Shown here: piece by piece, positions 18,061 to 28,867 of the stretch
Layout: each line of letters opens with the position of its first letter
Numbering within the stretch: position 1 is the stretch's first letter
Virus record (IMG/VR): IMGVR_UViG_3300020577_005688
Location: 1-64,000 of that record
Direction: 5' to 3' (one strand)
Length of the DNA: 64,000 nt
DNA from: a virus
Lineage: Duplodnaviria; Caudoviricetes
Position numbers and translations under genes: made by a program
Notes under the pieces: model-generated
Seen by the model: only the letters and a program-made list of their open reading frames with translations
What the model was told of the DNA's origin: nothing
The model's database searches: none

Positions 18061-19877
18061 TAGATGAACCCTCTCGCGTTGAAGACCCATACCCTACCGT
18101 CGGTATTCGACATACCTCCTACGATACCGACACAGTAGATTCTCTTGAGAGTTTCGTCGAGTGCGACTCCGCTGACAATACCATCTCTCTCTGAGACCGG
18201 AGTCCAGACTGCAGTCCCATCTGTCATTGTTCCAGTAAACGCCCAAGCAGGTTGAGAGACTGCAGTGGTGCCTGCTGTAGAACATCGAAAGTAATACCTA
18301 TTCTGTGCGAACTGATTTTCGGGAGTTGGCCGTACGAGTTGGTTCAAAGAGTAAGCTGTCTGAGGCTTCCAATCTGAGACCACCAGCGGCGACGCTCTCA
18401 ATTGTGCGAGTGTTCTTCCGGTAGGCCCAAAGATGAGAACACCAGCAATTCCTGCAGCCGCGACGATGTTCCCATTCGAAGCCCTCGCAACAGATAGGTA
18501 CTGTCCTCCTCCGGTCAGTGTCACGGTATCCAGTACTCGGAGAGGAATCGAAGCCCCTCTGTACTCCATGACAGACAGTCTATTGGAGTTGGAGACGTAG
18601 AGAAGAGCCCACAAAGGATTCGAAGTGTGTGGCGCAACGAAGATACTGTTGACTCGATTTGATACTTTCGAGTTCATCAACAGAGTCGGGGTTGTACCGT
18701 TCTCAGAGTACACACGAATACGCTCAATCGAAGACTCTGTCGTTGAGGCGAAGATGATTCGTGGGGTGAGGAAGTTGGCAACGGCAACAGCTCTGCCAGA
18801 AACTCCAGTCAAGAACGCAGTCTGTGAGGACAGACTTGCGAGGTCGATAAGCTTGAGCTGCCCACCAGTGGGGTTCGACTCGATGTTCTGAGCAATGTAC
18901 GCATACGTCGAAGAGACTCCCAAAGATACGGCTGGGAGGCTCACGTCGAGATCCGCACTTGAGGAGATAGCAGGAGTGAGGTCATACCTCACGATCCTAT
19001 TTCTATTTGTCCCTGTAGTAGGTCCTGCCGAAGCCGAGACTGAGATAGAAGTTCCAGATACGGATACTCGTGCAATCCCTCCAACTGAATCGGAGGTTCC
19101 TTGAGCCTCTCCATCGATTTTGATGATGGCCGAATTATCCGGAAGGAGTGCCATTCCTCCTCTCAGATTATCTACTTGAGCAACTGAGGTGATTCTAGAG
19201 GGCTCCCCAACAAAGTACTGATCCGCGTTTGTAGGGTGCTTGATGATTGAAGTCAGAGGTCTTGTTCTGGTGAAGAAAGAAATCTCTGCCAGCTTCTTGT
19301 TATCACCACCCAGTTGAGCAATCGAAAGATGGTCTTCACCATACGCAACTGCTTCGATGAAGTTCGTACCAATGACTTTGTTAACTAGTACTGGAGAGCC
19401 GCCAGTCCAAGTAAGCCCGCCGTCAGTCGTGATCCGGACAAGGACATCATCTGTCTTCGATAGAAATGAAGCAAGAATGACTGAGTTGCCTGGAGTGTTC
19501 CCACGGTACAGCATCTGAGGACGAGTTCCCGGTCCAAGTAGGGTGGGTCCTGAAATGCGCGCGCCAGTGAGAGGATCGAATCTAGCGACGAAGATTCTAC
19601 TATTCTCAATGCCTCCTACGCCTGTGTTGTCATCCCAAGCCAACAACACAGAGTCGGAGGCAGGTAGGTAGACGGTAGAGATGTTCCTGAAGTCTGTGAC
19701 TAGATCAGCGAACACTTCTGTGAAGTCAGCTCCGTCGTGCGGCTTCCAGCGAATCCTGCGTTGTACGAAACTTACCTCAGAGTTCCAGGCAACATAGACA
19801 ATACCAGACCTCTTGAATGATGCCATCTCAAGAGGCTGGCCTTCTCTGGAAATGCCTGTGATTGAAGAGACGGTCAC
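18060..19877 (-). CDS. Beta-propeller-like protein with CBM-like insert
   Basis: TTDGGLTW Asp-box-like motif; WKPQTAYS...FRCSTAGTT...DGTAVW carbohydrate-binding-like module. Confidence 0.65.
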   Translation of the reverse strand: MTVSSITGISREGQPLEMASFKRSGIVYVAWNSEVSFVQRRIRWKPHDGADFTEVFADLVTDFRNISTVYLPASDSVLLAWDDNTGVGGIENSRIFVARFDPLTGARISGPTLLGPGTRPQMLYRGNTPGNSVILASFLSKTDDVLVRITTDGGLTWTGGSPVLVNKVIGTNFIEAVAYGEDHLSIAQLGGDNKKLAEISFFTRTRPLTSIIKHPTNADQYFVGEPSRITSVAQVDNLRGGMALLPDNSAIIKIDGEAQGTSDSVGGIARVSVSGTSISVSASAGPTTGTNRNRIVRYDLTPAISSSADLDVSLPAVSLGVSSTYAYIAQNIESNPTGGQLKLIDLASLSSQTAFLTGVSGRAVAVANFLTPRIIFASTTESSIERIRVYSENGTTPTLLMNSKVSNRVNSIFVAPHTSNPLWALLYVSNSNRLSVMEYRGASIPLRVLDTVTLTGGGQYLSVARASNGNIVAAAGIAGVLIFGPTGRTLAQLRASPLVVSDWKPQTAYSLNQLVRPTPENQFAQNRYYFRCSTAGTTAVSQPAWAFTGTMTDGTAVWTPVSERDGIVSGVALDETLKRIYCVGIVGGMSNTDGRVWVFNARGFI

Positions 19878-19878
19878 T

Positions 19879-22800
19879 TTATGCCTTCAAGCAGTAGACA
19901 TATTTTGAGATTCTGAACCGTCTCTCTCCGAAGAGTCGATACGAGACAGGACCCGCATCAGCAGTGAATGAAACTGCCGCACCAGTGAGCATGTTCACAA
20001 CAGTGACAGAGGTGGAGCTCGTAAAGACCGAGATCCGATACGAACCCTTGTTGACTCCCGTAGTGATGTTGAGGATGCGTCCAACATCATCTTGATTGAA
20101 GTTGGTGCCTGTAAAGACGCCACTTCCACCAGTAATCGAACCACCTGTCCTCGTAGCTGCGGCACCTACGTCGTCTGTGAAGAACCGAAGAGAGCCGCGA
20201 GAGTCGTGAAGAACATCTCCCGTCTGTACGGGGAAGGTCGAATTTGGTCGAACCAAACGAGCCGTCTTCGAAGCGTCAGTGGTGGCAGAAGAAGTATCAA
20301 ATCCTCTTCGTCTAACCTCAAATGCCACGCTGGCCTTCACTACCAGCCCAATCTCCAAGACTGTTAGCTGAGTCAGTGCATCATTGACTGCAGAGATGGT
20401 GACCTCATCTGAACCGTCAACTGCGCCGAAGTTGATTACATCGGGAGCTGACCCACCATTGGCAATTCCCTCATGGAGTGTGAAGGTGATGTTTGTTTCT
20501 GTAGAGGCAAACGAAACAGCAGTTCCTCCAGGAAGGGCAACGGTAACCTGAGTCGCGGACGCTCTCGTAATGATGCGGTAGATCGTCCCGTTATTGGCAC
20601 CAGAGGTTACTCGCAGAAATCTCCCAACATCTGCACTGGTGAAACCAGCCGATGCAGAGACGAAGGTGTTTCCACCGGAGATAGGATTTCCATCAGTCAG
20701 CCCCGGTCGGATCTGGAACCCAAGAAACTTGTTTCCTCCAGAGAGGGTAACGATTCCTGAGGAGTTGATGGTCGCAAGTCCGTTGAAGCTGCCTCCCACG
20801 GCTGTGTTCGAACACTGAATGAAATCTGCTCGGTGAACATGGTTCGAGAGGAAGTCAGTATTCGACCAAGCCTGATCCGTGAACAGGTATGGAGAAGTGG
20901 CGATTCGCGCCCCGCTCGGACTATAGAATTCGATATCTGTGACGGTGAACGTGTGAGCGCTTGGGCCGTTATCGAACCTCGGCTGCATCACCAGTCTCCA
21001 ATAACGACCTGTTCGGATCGTTGAACTAAGGTCGGTGATGTCGAAGTACATCTTGAGGTTGTTGGCTGCGTTGGTAAAGCTCTCAATACCGTCCATCGAC
21101 ATCCACGTTCCGTTATTCTTGACATCAGGCGGAGTGGCATCGGTACTAAATGACAAGCGCTTCACGAGATTCCAAGTCGGGCGAACGACTTGCCAGTTCT
21201 GATTCGTCAGAGTTGCGTGCGGAGGAATCCGAACCTGGACGCTCGTAGATGAGAGAAGGCGTTCTACACAGAGTTCATAAGTCGGAGATGCGTTGCTTGG
21301 AATTGCAATCTTGTCGTTTGCTTGGACGCCATCTCGAACACTGTAAGAAAGAGATGACGCAGACGCAGTCCATTGCTTAGCGGTCTGGTCGATGTTCTGA
21401 ATCGTGCAGGAAGTACCACTGGGAACCGTCAGAATTCTATAAAACCCAGTATCCGCTCCAGAAGTGATGTGAAGGATCATCCCGATGTGCGAGGACAAGA
21501 ACACACTCGCAACAGAGGAGAATGTGCTTCCTCCAGCAACGGTAGAGCCGTCTGTATTTACTCCGAGAACCGTAGAGCCAATGAAGTCCCCAGAGCTCAG
21601 GCTCAACGTCGTCACATTCAATGTCCCAGAGATGTTCGATGTACCACTCGTACGAATGGAAGAGGAGGCAACAGGTGTCCCTCCCGCGTCTGGGTCATTG
21701 AACAGAGACGCAATCATTCCATGGTCTGTGGAAGTTGCTGCTCCGTAGATATTGTTTCCAGCAAACCTAACAACAACGAACCCAATGTCCTCATCTGCTC
21801 CAAGGTCAATAATTGGAGAGATTCCGTGAACTCTATTTGTCGGGAGGTTACCGTCCCAGGTGTGAGCAGGGGTGATATTGGGTTTCGAGCCGGTACCATT
21901 GTTGAGTTTGTCGATTCCAAAATCCAACAAAGAATCTCCACCACTCAGTGGTGAGCCTGGGAGTGCTCGGTGCTGTCCTAGAGCTGGCTGATACTGAGGA
22001 GAGGCTCTCGCGAAGCTCTCGAAGTACACCTCAGAGCCATTAGACTTCGAAGACCCGATCTTCGTTGGAAGGCAGAATTTGATGCTATCTGTGTTGTCCG
22101 CGAAGACTGACTTGAACGAGTAGGACTCGTACGAAATACCTGTAAGGTCTTGAGTGTTGTCCTTCGCAAACCCGTTCGCCAAGAGAGTGGTCGCATCCTC
22201 TGGGCCAGCAGTCGAACCAACGGCACCAAGGTCCCAGATTGAGTAAGACAAACTGCTAGCAGTCGCAGCAGCGGATACGGCAGTCCCATTCATCTTTGCA
22301 ATTGTGATGGTTGTGGAGTTTGTGAATACGGTGATTTTGTAGACACCGGCGTCGGACCCACTTTCGATCCTCAAGAGACGTCCGACGTCTCCAGAAACGA
22401 AGCTCGAACCATTGAAGGTGCCGGAGGCTGCTGTCGTAGAGCCATCCGTCCTAGCAACTCCAGTCTGACCTGCCCTTCCGAGGAACTCATTGTTGGGAGG
22501 AGTAGCGCCACCCTGCCTGTTGAACTGAACTGTCACGCCATAGAGGACAGGTTCCGCCGCACTATGGATAGGCTTGGACTTCAGCCCAGGACTGAAGCTG
22601 TCTGAGACACTCTTGTTGGGGAGATTGGATGCCGCGAATTCGAGAGGAACCCAACGGGTGTTCGTATTGTCCCACTGATACTGAATCTCGTAACCACCAA
22701 ATCCGTATCTCCAAGTACCGTTTTGAGATGGCGTGCAGAAGAACCATCGACCGACAGAGTCGGTAACGAAGTGGAGAGTACTGACGCTGTCTACTGTTGC

Positions 22801-25143
22801 GATGTCAGAGAATACGAAGAGGTCTGCCTCTCTTGAGTAGTAAGAGAGGTCAATGGCGTTAGATGAAGACCCGCTGTTACTGGCCACAACTCTTCCGTCT
22901 ACTCTAACGGTGTAAGACCGAACGTGACGAGAATCTACAGAGCCAGAAAATGCTGTTGTGGGACTTCCATCGCCTCTCGGGAAACCTGAGGGGTTCGCGT
23001 AGTTGGCGGTGTCGTTTCCAAAATACCGCTTGTAGTTGGCCCCAGTGAAAGCACTCTTCACCAGCTTCACGTGACCTTGGTCCGTACCAATCCATACTTC
23101 ATCGAACTTCGGGTTTACTTTGACAGTGGTGAAGGTCGTGATGGTTCCGACAGTCCCAGTTTGACCAGTAGGTGATGCGACGTTTGCAATTGTACGGAAT
23201 GAGTGAGAGTTGGCCGTTGGGTCGTACTTGTTGATCTGCTGCTGGGTATCGTTTGAGAGCCAGTATACGTCACCAGTTGCTTGGTCTACATCGACCCTGC
23301 AAGGTTCACCATTCTTGATCTGAACATTGCAGTTTGCTCCGTTGGTCATGGAGACGGTGCGAGTACGGAAAGTCCCAAGGTTGAGGGACTCCATGTAATT
23401 CATCTGACCAGCGCCGGTCGTCCCATTGTTGAAGAACAGGTAGAGACGATCTCCGATGACCATGGAGCCGCCCGTCTGATTCGTAAAGACGGGAGTGCCA
23501 CCTGCGGTCGTCCTCAATACAACTTGAGTCGCTGATGACACAGAGTTGATGATGAATGTTCCGCTATCCGCCCCAAGACCACTCAGAGCGATCGCTCTTC
23601 CGATATCTGCATTCGTAAATGCGCCACCGGTGACTGTGAGCACATCTGTACCAGAACCAGTCGAAGCAGTTCCTGTGACCGTGCGTGCCCTGCTCTTATC
23701 GATACCAGAGCCCGAGAGGTTGGAGTTCGGGACTCCTTGAGCAAGTCGATACTGGCTAGTAGTGAGGTTTGAGTTGATGACGACCACGCCACCATTACCT
23801 GCCGTTGCATGACCAATGACGATGTACACCTTGTCATCAGAACCCGTGTGCGCGCTCCGGATGATGTCACCTGCACCAAGAGTGATTGCAGGGGTCAAGA
23901 AAGAAGAATGTCCAGCAGTGCCGAGATAGTTCGCTACCTCCCTGAAGGACTCGTTCGTCTTCCATCTCCAACACGCAATTCCAGACTGATTCGACGCATT
24001 CGTGAATCCAAACCACACTCGTTGATTGGTCTCATCGAGCGCGTATGCGTTCGTGCCTCCACCAAAGAATTGGAAATTGTAGGGTAGAGCGGCACCTGCA
24101 GATTGAGCTGAGAAGAAGTTAGAAGACGCAGAAGCCATGTCTTCTTGGTTCGTGCCAACGATGCCATCACCATGGGTGTATGGCTTCATCGTGACGTAAT
24201 AGCTACCTTGCTGTTCTGTAGCAGCTGCGGCTTCGGTCGAACCTGTCTTGTCGAAGACGATTCGCATGACGAAGCTGTCGCGAGCTGTTCCAGGAACAAA
24301 CCGCCCTCCAACCTGAACAGTTCCGGTTCCAAGCGGAATGATTGACGTCTCGTTAAAGAATGCTCGCCTCCCTGGTGCGACAGAGGTTGCGAGACCGGAA
24401 GCCGTAGCAATTGCAGAGAACATCGAACCATCGAGACATCGCAGATAGAGACGATTGTTCGAGAAGTCTACATGGTGAACAAAGTACATCCCTGCGTCAG
24501 AACCAGAATGGATTCTCAGAAGGTTCCATGCACCAGAAATGAATCTGGGCATGTCAAAAAGAGTGCTAGCGGTGAACGTAACGTAGCTCAATCCAACCGA
24601 AGTAGAGACCGTTACTCCTGTCGCATAGGTTGGATGAAGATACGTCGTACCAATTTGTGTGAATGCCTTCGGAAGATCAGAAAGCGAGAATAGGGAATTC
24701 CCGACTCCCCATCCAACTTGTGATGCGACGATGGAAGTTGGATCAGAGAGAAGAAGACAACCCACAACTCTTGGAATGAGAGATGAGTTAATGGTCGTCA
24801 GAGTTCCGGTCGTTCTGAACTTCGAGTAGTCGAGCGCGGAGACGGAGGTCGGAGACCCGGTCGGGTCCATGGGGTAAAGGGATGAAGAAAGGAAACCAGA
24901 CAGGACGTCACTGAAGGGTCCTTTACCGACCGTCGTATCGTCTTGGAGCAACCCATCCATCTTGAATGGATTGGTTCGGATATAGGGGAGAGTTCCGTTT
25001 GTGTTGTTGTTCCAATTGTAGACCGCCCTCCTCCTCAAGACTTCCTTGAATGAGACGTTTCCCGTAAGAACAGGCTCTCGTGTCGAAGATCCAGATTCGT
25101 CTGGGATGATGCTCATAAAACTGAAGATGTCTTTGTTCGACAT
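19879..25143 (-). CDS. Large repeat-containing tail fibre/baseplate adhesin-like protein
   Basis: 1754 aa, Ser/Thr/Gly-rich; about 5-6 copies of an F...D(V/I)GR.L.I.SG...G.Y.I module. Confidence 0.7.
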   Translation of the reverse strand: MSNKDIFSFMSIIPDESGSSTREPVLTGNVSFKEVLRRRAVYNWNNNTNGTLPYIRTNPFKMDGLLQDDTTVGKGPFSDVLSGFLSSSLYPMDPTGSPTSVSALDYSKFRTTGTLTTINSSLIPRVVGCLLLSDPTSIVASQVGWGVGNSLFSLSDLPKAFTQIGTTYLHPTYATGVTVSTSVGLSYVTFTASTLFDMPRFISGAWNLLRIHSGSDAGMYFVHHVDFSNNRLYLRCLDGSMFSAIATASGLATSVAPGRRAFFNETSIIPLGTGTVQVGGRFVPGTARDSFVMRIVFDKTGSTEAAAATEQQGSYYVTMKPYTHGDGIVGTNQEDMASASSNFFSAQSAGAALPYNFQFFGGGTNAYALDETNQRVWFGFTNASNQSGIACWRWKTNESFREVANYLGTAGHSSFLTPAITLGAGDIIRSAHTGSDDKVYIVIGHATAGNGGVVVINSNLTTSQYRLAQGVPNSNLSGSGIDKSRARTVTGTASTGSGTDVLTVTGGAFTNADIGRAIALSGLGADSGTFIINSVSSATQVVLRTTAGGTPVFTNQTGGSMVIGDRLYLFFNNGTTGAGQMNYMESLNLGTFRTRTVSMTNGANCNVQIKNGEPCRVDVDQATGDVYWLSNDTQQQINKYDPTANSHSFRTIANVASPTGQTGTVGTITTFTTVKVNPKFDEVWIGTDQGHVKLVKSAFTGANYKRYFGNDTANYANPSGFPRGDGSPTTAFSGSVDSRHVRSYTVRVDGRVVASNSGSSSNAIDLSYYSREADLFVFSDIATVDSVSTLHFVTDSVGRWFFCTPSQNGTWRYGFGGYEIQYQWDNTNTRWVPLEFAASNLPNKSVSDSFSPGLKSKPIHSAAEPVLYGVTVQFNRQGGATPPNNEFLGRAGQTGVARTDGSTTAASGTFNGSSFVSGDVGRLLRIESGSDAGVYKITVFTNSTTITIAKMNGTAVSAAATASSLSYSIWDLGAVGSTAGPEDATTLLANGFAKDNTQDLTGISYESYSFKSVFADNTDSIKFCLPTKIGSSKSNGSEVYFESFARASPQYQPALGQHRALPGSPLSGGDSLLDFGIDKLNNGTGSKPNITPAHTWDGNLPTNRVHGISPIIDLGADEDIGFVVVRFAGNNIYGAATSTDHGMIASLFNDPDAGGTPVASSSIRTSGTSNISGTLNVTTLSLSSGDFIGSTVLGVNTDGSTVAGGSTFSSVASVFLSSHIGMILHITSGADTGFYRILTVPSGTSCTIQNIDQTAKQWTASASSLSYSVRDGVQANDKIAIPSNASPTYELCVERLLSSTSVQVRIPPHATLTNQNWQVVRPTWNLVKRLSFSTDATPPDVKNNGTWMSMDGIESFTNAANNLKMYFDITDLSSTIRTGRYWRLVMQPRFDNGPSAHTFTVTDIEFYSPSGARIATSPYLFTDQAWSNTDFLSNHVHRADFIQCSNTAVGGSFNGLATINSSGIVTLSGGNKFLGFQIRPGLTDGNPISGGNTFVSASAGFTSADVGRFLRVTSGANNGTIYRIITRASATQVTVALPGGTAVSFASTETNITFTLHEGIANGGSAPDVINFGAVDGSDEVTISAVNDALTQLTVLEIGLVVKASVAFEVRRRGFDTSSATTDASKTARLVRPNSTFPVQTGDVLHDSRGSLRFFTDDVGAAATRTGGSITGGSGVFTGTNFNQDDVGRILNITTGVNKGSYRISVFTSSTSVTVVNMLTGAAVSFTADAGPVSYRLFGERRFRISKYVYCLKA

Positions 25144-25153
25144 GAAGGTAACC

Positions 25154-25720
25154 TTAAGAAATGGGTGACATCGAGATTCTGTAGACGACTTCCAGCGTTT
25201 GAGTTGTCGTCTGAGTCTTGGCTGGTGTCAGGAGAGCATACGCCGCAATACCATACGCCCCCACGAGAGTATCAGTGTTGGTGGAAGGCCAACAGAGCAT
25301 GATGGACCCGAGAGTGCGCGTTACTGGAGGCGTTGAGAAGGTAGTGCTAAACGTCTTGGTGTTCGTAACTGAGTCGTTCGTAGGAGTAAGTGAAGAGCTT
25401 GAAAAAGTCAGTGAGTTCGATGCATCGCAGCAAATCATATACCGAGTTGGATTTACCGGCTCTGTCGACTGACAAAATGCCACCCTCATGCTCGCGAACG
25501 AAAAATCCATCCACATTCGACGACCGAAGTCGGTCAAGAGATTAGACTGCTGCAGACTCCAAGCAGTGTCTCCGTTCTCCTCTTTGCAGGTGACCTCAAA
25601 GTCACCCCTGAGTTCCAAATCACCAGGCAGTAGCAGAGTCTTCCGACTGTTCAAGAAAGAAGACGGAGCCATCTTTCTCTGGAACTCGCGAACATCGACT
25701 TCCTCGATCTTGAAACTCAT
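25154..25720 (-). CDS. Putative tail fibre attachment/baseplate protein
   Basis: NLLTDFGR and KT....TLEVVYRI patterns; operon context. Confidence 0.55.
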   Translation of the reverse strand: MSFKIEEVDVREFQRKMAPSSFLNSRKTLLLPGDLELRGDFEVTCKEENGDTAWSLQQSNLLTDFGRRMWMDFSFASMRVAFCQSTEPVNPTRYMICCDASNSLTFSSSSLTPTNDSVTNTKTFSTTFSTPPVTRTLGSIMLCWPSTNTDTLVGAYGIAAYALLTPAKTQTTTQTLEVVYRISMSPIS

Positions 25721-27453
25721 ACATCCACACTCCCTCTTCCAGTCGATGAAATAGATCCAGCGAGACCGCCTCCAATACCTACAAGGGCCTCGGCTTCCTG
25801 AAAGGCGAACTTTACAGGAGTTCGATTCACATAGGAAATTTCCTGGAAGTCCTGTCCAGGACTTCCAATACCAAGAAGAGATACCTCCTGGCCGTCGAAA
25901 GAGTCCCCCAGAGAGATGATGTCTGGAATTCGAGTAATAGTCGACCCCAACATATCAACAATCGTGTTGGAAAACTTTCCTGTCGGTTTTCCTGACTGGC
26001 CCAAAGTCTCTGCCGTGAAGGTCCTTCCTACGCCTCTCGGTGAGACTGGAACAAAGAAACGACCATCAAGGGGCATCAATACGGGAGCAGACATCAGAGT
26101 CGATACTTGGCCAGATGTCTCGAACAACCGGAACCCTGTCACTTGAGTCGTATTTGAGATTCCGATGACAACTCCAAAACCGAGGGAAGGGTGCTGCCCA
26201 AAAGCGATTCTCGGAGAGAGTGGGTACGTGTCAAAGTCGGGAGCGGCCTCACCTCCAGATAGACCGAAAGAAATAGGTCCCTCTGTTGTACCGAACTTAA
26301 CAGGCTGCCTGTCGATAGTCGTGAAGGGGAATTCAAAAGAGTTCCCGCCTCCCAAGCCCATCCTCCCACCCTCAACGTTGTCTACGCTCTTGATGATGAG
26401 ACCTGTGTCTGCCGTATACGGCATATTGATGGTTGCTGCGTCATCGGTGGATTGAGCTGTAAGTTTGAAGACTCGGTTTCCTGAGGCAAAGAAGACGTAG
26501 AGAGTGTCTGTTGCTTCGTCATAAAACAACTCTGGACGAGTTGTGAGAGAGGCAGCGCCTCCTCCTACAGTCGTAAGACGAACCTCTGGAAGGAAGTTGC
26601 CGAAAGGAGATTCTTTCGAGACGTAGATGTCTTTGTCTCTCTCGTATGCCCACCAACGGACACCTGCATTCATCTCATAGGATGAAATAGACAGGATGTT
26701 ATCGAAGTAGGTCAATCGACTCAGGTCGTTACTGAGTGCAATTCGGAAGTAAGCTTCCAGAAGGTAGGGTTGGGCCATTCGAGCAACATCGTGAATGGAG
26801 ACCTCATCAATAGACCCTTCAAGAAACGCGGAGTCAGACTCCTTCAGAGAACGCCCAATATTCAAAGAGGCAGAAGCATTTGAAAGAGGGGCAGGGACAG
26901 GGAGGGACGCAGGAGAACCGTTGACCGTGACTTCTAGGGGCTTTGAGACCCCATCGATGTAGATGTCGATCAAACGGTTCGCGCCGACTACCGTTCTCGT
27001 GAAAGAGACACTGTACGTCTGATTCGTTCGAATTGAAGAAGCTGGAGTTCGAACGACTACAGGTCCAGAAGCAGAGTCGTGCTTGTACACAACTCGACCA
27101 CTCAGGTCGACATACAAACCATACAGCAAGTTATCAGAAGTCAGGGGACCACCGCAGGACACAATTGTCCTCAAAGTGGATCCACCAGAATTGTAGTTCG
27201 AGACCTTCACCCAGGAAACGAACGTCATGTTTCCAGTGAGCCTAAACGGAGTCGAATCTGCTGGACTTGCAAACGAGCTCGTACCGTTGAATGACCGAGC
27301 GTTTCCAACTCGACCTGGAGCGATTCCAGACGCGCTTGTTACGGTGAGGTTGCGTCCGAAGCTAGACTCGTCAAATGCAACGTCTGTCTCCAGAGATTCG
27401 TCGAATCCCCAGTACCCAATGACGTTTGAATCGAGCGGGAGTCTGTCGGCCAC
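25717..27453 (-). CDS. LamG/concanavalin A-like domain protein
   Basis: IGYWGFDE, TFVSWVK, IYIDG and GSIDEVSI motifs. Confidence 0.85.
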   Translation of the reverse strand: MADRLPLDSNVIGYWGFDESLETDVAFDESSFGRNLTVTSASGIAPGRVGNARSFNGTSSFASPADSTPFRLTGNMTFVSWVKVSNYNSGGSTLRTIVSCGGPLTSDNLLYGLYVDLSGRVVYKHDSASGPVVVRTPASSIRTNQTYSVSFTRTVVGANRLIDIYIDGVSKPLEVTVNGSPASLPVPAPLSNASASLNIGRSLKESDSAFLEGSIDEVSIHDVARMAQPYLLEAYFRIALSNDLSRLTYFDNILSISSYEMNAGVRWWAYERDKDIYVSKESPFGNFLPEVRLTTVGGGAASLTTRPELFYDEATDTLYVFFASGNRVFKLTAQSTDDAATINMPYTADTGLIIKSVDNVEGGRMGLGGGNSFEFPFTTIDRQPVKFGTTEGPISFGLSGGEAAPDFDTYPLSPRIAFGQHPSLGFGVVIGISNTTQVTGFRLFETSGQVSTLMSAPVLMPLDGRFFVPVSPRGVGRTFTAETLGQSGKPTGKFSNTIVDMLGSTITRIPDIISLGDSFDGQEVSLLGIGSPGQDFQEISYVNRTPVKFAFQEAEALVGIGGGLAGSISSTGRGSVDV

Positions 27454-27463
27454 AACATACTCC

Positions 27464-27931
27464 TTAAGCTCCGCATCTCATGAAATCGAACTCACTTTGA
27501 GGCACGGTGCCTGGCTTCAATGAAATATCATTGAACTGATGGTAAAGAGAGACAGTACGGAATGAGAAAGCACAATCTAGCCTGTATCGCTTCGTGTCGT
27601 CCGAGCTCAGAAAAACGTTGAACACGAATGATGGTGCAGACCAGAAGGTAGACAGAATAATTGGCGGAGCACCGGATTCTACCAGGAACGGCATGCAGTT
27701 TCTTGGATCCGTCGTATCCAACGCCAACTTCTCCTCATTATCACTTAGGAGGAGTTGGATTGCTCGAACAGAACCGAAGTCGGCCATCCGAAGTCTAAGA
27801 AAGGAGCCCTCTTTTTCCAAAATACAATCAGAGACGGTCATTTCCCTCACAACGGAAGCAGAGACTTCGTTCTGAAGTCCTTTCTTGATTGTAAGGAAGA
27901 TATCCGAAACTGAGGAGAGGGCTACATTCAT
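27464..27931 (-). CDS. Hypothetical protein
   Basis: ORF coupled within the late operon. Confidence 0.65.
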   Translation of the reverse strand: MNVALSSVSDIFLTIKKGLQNEVSASVVREMTVSDCILEKEGSFLRLRMADFGSVRAIQLLLSDNEEKLALDTTDPRNCMPFLVESGAPPIILSTFWSAPSFVFNVFLSSDDTKRYRLDCAFSFRTVSLYHQFNDISLKPGTVPQSEFDFMRCGA

Positions 27932-28710
27932 GGAGATACCTTCGGAGTCTTCATCTCTGAAGACATAGACTTTCCGAGAGTCTTAAGTCCGTCGTGACCA
28001 CTCTTACGGGCTGCACGGGCAAGCATCTTCGTCCCATGAGCAGCTCCAACACCGGCAAGAGCGCCACCTCCGACATCTGCTGCAAAGGTTCCAATACCCT
28101 TGTTAGGGTCATTGCTCGTCATATACTTCGCAGCGCCCAAACCAGCTCCAATCATGGCTCGGTGGCTCGCCTTAGAGTCGACGACAGCCTTTCCAACACT
28201 CCCAATCGCTTTTCCAGCATCAGCCCACGAAGCCATCTTCTGGAGGGCGGTTGAGAAAGTCTCGTATGTCTTGTGCTGGGAGCGTGCGAGTTCAGCTCCG
28301 AAATCTTGTGCGAACTTCTCAAGGTTCGACTTCACAGAGGCTCCTTTGAGTTTTCCAGCAATGGTCTTTCCAAAAGCGGCACCAACAGGAAGAGCAGCCA
28401 TAGCAGCTGCACCTGGATGCTTTGCATTCAAATCGGCAATCTCGTCCCGAGCATTCGAGACGATACGAGCCATCCCCTTTGCAAAGCTCTCATCCTTCTT
28501 TGCCTTCAGTCGTGGCTTCTTCTCTCCCTGGTCCAACGAACGACCACTCGCACCAGGGCGGCTGACCAGATAAGTACCGAGAGCAGCAAGACCACCGCCT
28601 CCCACCATACCGATGAGGTCGTGAGGATTGTTCTTTGCGTAGTCAATAGCACTTCGGATTCCATCCGAGGCCACTTCTTTGAGTCCGGCTCTCTTGGAAA
28701 GCATAGGCAC
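27928..28710 (-). CDS. Basic Gly-zipper protein with KxA sites (putative capsid cargo)
   Basis: SKRA, EKFA and QKMA sites separate two modules of paired Gly/Ala hydrophobic helices. Confidence 0.75.
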   Translation of the reverse strand: MPMLSKRAGLKEVASDGIRSAIDYAKNNPHDLIGMVGGGGLAALGTYLVSRPGASGRSLDQGEKKPRLKAKKDESFAKGMARIVSNARDEIADLNAKHPGAAAMAALPVGAAFGKTIAGKLKGASVKSNLEKFAQDFGAELARSQHKTYETFSTALQKMASWADAGKAIGSVGKAVVDSKASHRAMIGAGLGAAKYMTSNDPNKGIGTFAADVGGGALAGVGAAHGTKMLARAARKSGHDGLKTLGKSMSSEMKTPKVSP

Positions 28711-28713
28711 TCC

Positions 28714-28857
28714 TTACGTGAAAAAGAGAACCCACTTACCGCTCGTTGCGTCGTACACAATCTGAATGATGGTGGTGACGTTGTTTGGACCAGCGGCTGC
28801 GAAAGCATTCAGCTTCTGCATGCTGTCGAATGTTCGGCTCTTGAGATTGACGGCCAT
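28714..28857 (-). CDS. 47-aa protein missing from the ORF track (MAVNLKSRTFDS...GKWVLFFT)
   Basis: AAGGAG RBS, ATG 28857, TAA 28714-28716; fills the operon gap. Confidence 0.75.
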   Translation of the reverse strand: MAVNLKSRTFDSMQKLNAFAAAGPNNVTTIIQIVYDATSGKWVLFFT

Positions 28858-28867
28858 GGGGATCTCC

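Noticed and set aside
19876-19885. Minus-strand GGCATAAA near-match to the promoter motif
   Set aside because: Mismatched, lacks the downstream element and coincides with a stop codon inside an operon.
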